64,000 nt of DNA from Malacoraja senta (Eukaryota): the NCBI GenBank assembly GCA_038087875.1, contig CM075994.1, forward strand, positions 2,048,001-2,112,000, read 5' to 3'. The position numbers and the translations under genes were made by a program. Positions 60,709 through 64,000 of the stretch are shown piece after piece. The notes under the pieces were generated by a model that had not been told where the DNA came from, ran no database searches, and saw only the letters and a program-made list of their open reading frames with translations. Within the stretch, counting starts at the first letter, position 1. Each line of letters opens with the position of its first letter.

Positions 60709-60990
60709 CATGTCGTTGCGGGCGCGTTGTGTGTGCGTGTGCTGCAGCCGGGGGCTGGTCGCCGGCCTCCCCGCCACCCACCCTCACCCTCGCTGGACAC
60801 GCCTCAGTAAGACAGACGTCCGCATCTTTGTTTTGTTTTCTGTCCGCAGCAGGCTTTGTGGGGGTGAGGAGCGGGCTCAGTGCTTTGGAGCATGAGGGGA
60901 TGTAGTTGCCCCGCTGTGGAGGGCCCCATGCTGGGCAGTGGGGCAGTTGCAGCCCCCGGGACAGCCTGCAAACTCTTGGGCCTGCAATGG
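60580..60990. promoter_or_regulatory. Second CpG-rich segment, probable promoter/first exon of an unidentified gene
   Basis: GC/CpG-rich and not recognisable as a repeat; GCACC-ATG at 60710; + strand donor candidates at 60807 and 60864. Confidence 0.5.
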
Positions 60991-62549
60991 TTTTGCCGCG
61001 GGATTTATGGCAGGTCTGCAACACATTGTTTTCGTTCTGAGTTAATATTTTTGCTGAGGAGGCACCTCATTATAGCTACTCCTGATTGGAGAACATAGAA
61101 CAACATAGAAAAGTACAGCTGCCCCGTTGAGTTTCTTCAGCAACTAATTATTTTGGCTCAAAATTCCAGCATCTTCAATCTCTTAGAACATACCATAGAG
61201 GAACACCCTTTAGTTCAGTTCATTATTATCACGTGAACTGAGGTTCAGTGGAAAATAATAAACTAAAGGGCCTGTTCCTGTTGGCCCATAATTTCTGTGC
61301 CAAACATAAATAATCCAAGTTCTAATCCAATAATCCAAGTTAAACTAATTTCAGACAAAATGTAGAAACAAAAAACTGCAGATGGTGGTTTATACCAAAG
61401 ATAGACACAAAGCTGGAGTCACTCAGCAGGACAGGCAGCATCCCTGACCCGCTGATTCACTTGAACAAATCTCATATCCCTCTACTCCACCTATCCATGT
61501 GGCCATCTCAAAATCTCAAGTGCCATTGTATCTGCATCCATCACCACTCTTGGCAGTGCATTCTGCACCCACCACCCTCTGGAAAAGAAACGTTTCTCTG
61601 CACATCTCCTTTAATCTTTGTTGCTCTTACCTTAAACTGTGCTCTATAGTGATTAACATTTCTGACTGCCTACCTTATCTACGCCTCTCATAATTTTATA
61701 TACCTCAATCAGGTCTCCTCTCAACTTTAGGTGTTCTAGAGAAAACAATCCAAGTTTGGATCCAAGCTATCTCATTGTAACTAATACCCCCCCCCCCCCT
61801 ACCCCAATGGATCATTTCTGGTCGACCTCATTACAGAATGAAAACCAATAGTCTGGAAAACCTGCTGATGTGGCAGCACCAAAGTCTAGGTTTACTAGAT
61901 CATCAGAGTTTTATTGCATATTCCAAAATTTGTAAACAATATTCTTGGTGTGTAGAAAACATCATTAATCTTGTACTGAAATCTCTTCCCATAAATGCCA
62001 GGGTAGGAGAGGGGTATGGATTATGTTCCTGACAAAAAAAAGTCACATCTTGGTGTGTTGATCATTTTCCTCCTGTCTTCAAGTTCATTACTAGCAGCTC
62101 AGTAAAGCATAAGTTCATTGTAGATTAACTACTGGTACATGTTAATGTGAAAAATAATTCAATTAACTTGTCATTTTATCAAATGTTTTTTATTTCCTCT
62201 GGGGGAAGTACATTACTAGCCATGTTTGATGCAAGTATTTCTTTACAATCTCAATTTTTTGCATGTTTTAAGCTGGTAAAACAAATAATAATTAATTTTC
62301 TACTTAGTCAATTTAAATTGCATTTATTGTCAAAAGGACAAGTATGGTAAGGTACAGGTATAGTGGGCGTGCAATTTTACAGGCACACAGTCTGACAATG
62401 CACAAGACCATTTACACTAAACATAAAGTACACACAATTCTGAGAGTAGAAAAAAAAGTACTGCAAAAAATAAAAAAACATTCATGCAAAACACAGTAAA
62501 AAGGTACGGCCATGGTAATCCAAGTGGTGGTCCATAGTGTTCCTTTGTC

Positions 62550-62860
62550 AAGGTTCAATTAGGGTTGTGTGAGTGGGTTTCTCAAGCTGATGGGTGTTCA
62601 GCTGATAGCTGCTTCTAATGCTGGTGGAGCATGACTTCATGCTTCTGTACGGCCTGCTCGATAGTACCAGTGACAGAGAGCATGACCTGGATGGTGAGGG
62701 TCTTTGATAAATGCTGCTTTCTTGAGGCAGCACCTCTTGTAGATGCTATTTATGGAGGGGAAGACTGTGCCAGTGATGGGCCGGGCCGAGTCCAGCACTT
62801 TCTGGAGCCTCTTACATTCCTGTATTGTGGTAATTGTCATTCAAGGGCATGATGCAACCA
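62550..62860 (-). mobile_element. Rex1/Babar-like LINE C-terminal fragment
   Basis: KRLQKVLDSARPITG...LKKAAFIKDPHHPGH. Confidence 0.65.
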
Positions 62861-63337
62861 GTTCTCTCTCACTCCCCCCCCCCCCCCCCCCCCGCGCAAT
62901 CACTGAAGAAGTGTCCTGACCCACAAAGTCCAAAGATGCTGCCTGACCTGCTGAGTTACTCTGGCAATTTGGCTTTTTTAATCGAACCTGCAAGGATGCC
63001 TTCTACCTTCTAGGCAAAATTTGATCAATTCAGAATTAGCAAACTTTCTACTTCGGATTGATTACCTTTTGTGCAGGCAGTATTTATCTCTAATTCATGA
63101 CTTGAAACTCTACTCACTAGTGTGCATCATTCTGAATTCCACTGTTTCTACTTTGACAGAAAAAATCGGAAGATATGCTCTCCCTGTCGTTGTGGGGTAA
63201 GTGCTACTTTTGTGAGAATGGATGTAGAGCCATTTTTTTTAAAAGTTATTCTGTGGAGGGGCCAGTAGTGTAGAGAAAGCAAGGACTCTGCAGAAGGACT
63301 TGGTCAGGTTAGGAGAGTGGGCAGAGAAGTAATGGAT

Positions 63338-64000
63338 AATAGACAATAGGTGCAGGAGTTGGCCATTCGGCCCTTCGAGCCAGCACCGCCTTTCAATGTG
63401 ATCATGGCTGATCATCCCCAATCAGTACCCCGTTCCTGCCTTCTCCCCATATCACCTGACTCCGCTATCTGTAAGAGCCCTATCTAGCTCTCCCTTGAAA
63501 GTGTCCAGAGAACCGGCCTCCTCCACCCTCTGAGGCAGAGAATTCCACAGACTCACAACTCTCTGTGTGAAAAAGTGTTTCCTTATCTCCGTTCTAAATG
63601 GCTTGCCCCTTATTCTTAAACAGTGTACAGGGACCTAATGAGGGTACAGTGGCCCCTGGTTCTGGACTCCCCCAACATCGGGAACATGTTTCCTGCCTCT
63701 AGCTTGTCCAACCCTTAATAATCTTATATGTTTCAATAAGATCTCCTCTCATCCTTCTTAACTCCAGAGTATACAAGCCCAGCCGCTCCATTCTCGCAGC
63801 ATATGACCCGCCATCCTGGGAATTAACCTTGTAAATCTACTCTGCACTCCCTCAATAGCAATAATGTCCTTCCTCAAATTAGGGGACCAAAACTGCACAG
63901 AATACTTCAGGTGTGGTCTCATTAAGACCCTGTACAACCGAAGAAGGACCTCTTTGGTCCTATACTCAACCTCTTGTTATGAAGGCCAACATGCCATTCC
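63338..64000 (-). mobile_element. CR1 3' part, running off the window end
   Basis: Reverse complement of the CR1 3' region at 59560-60190. Confidence 0.9.

Noticed and set aside
60807..60849. Possible 43-nt GT-AG mini-intron
   Set aside because: Too short for typical vertebrate splicing; no supporting evidence
54800..64000. Expected RWDD2A coding sequence from human synteny
   Set aside because: No RWD-domain-like translation seen in the ORF track or by eye, so no gene symbol assigned

Overview
Eukaryotic (vertebrate) genomic DNA. The repeat content (HE1-type tRNA-derived SINEs, HER1/CR1 LINEs, Neptune-type Penelope elements) points to a cartilaginous fish, probably a skate or ray (inference). 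The window holds the last six coding exons of DOP1A/DOPEY1 (+ strand, 189-13854) and, convergent with it, the complete PGM3 (phosphoacetylglucosamine mutase) gene on the - strand. PGM3 has 12 coding exons (48172-17638; 1638 nt, 545 aa), one GC-AG intron, and a probable non-coding exon 1 with a CpG-rich promoter at about 54565-54800. A second CpG-rich segment at about 60580-60990 may start an unidentified + strand gene. Most of the rest is transposable elements, many nested: a near-intact full-length CR1, a full-length L1 with a 15-bp TSD, a Tc1 DD34E element, Harbinger/hAT/Tigger-like MITEs and Penelope pieces with minimal hammerhead-ribozyme cores. The most unusual observations are (1) a cluster of short TIR remnants between 8-bp TSDs that look like P-element excision footprints at the second CpG island, (2) a 1.25-kb foldback DNA transposon whose two inverted arms each encode a THAP domain, next to the PGM3 promoter, and (3) dispersed palindromic elements carrying back-to-back hammerhead cores. 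All calls were made by eye, with no database searches.
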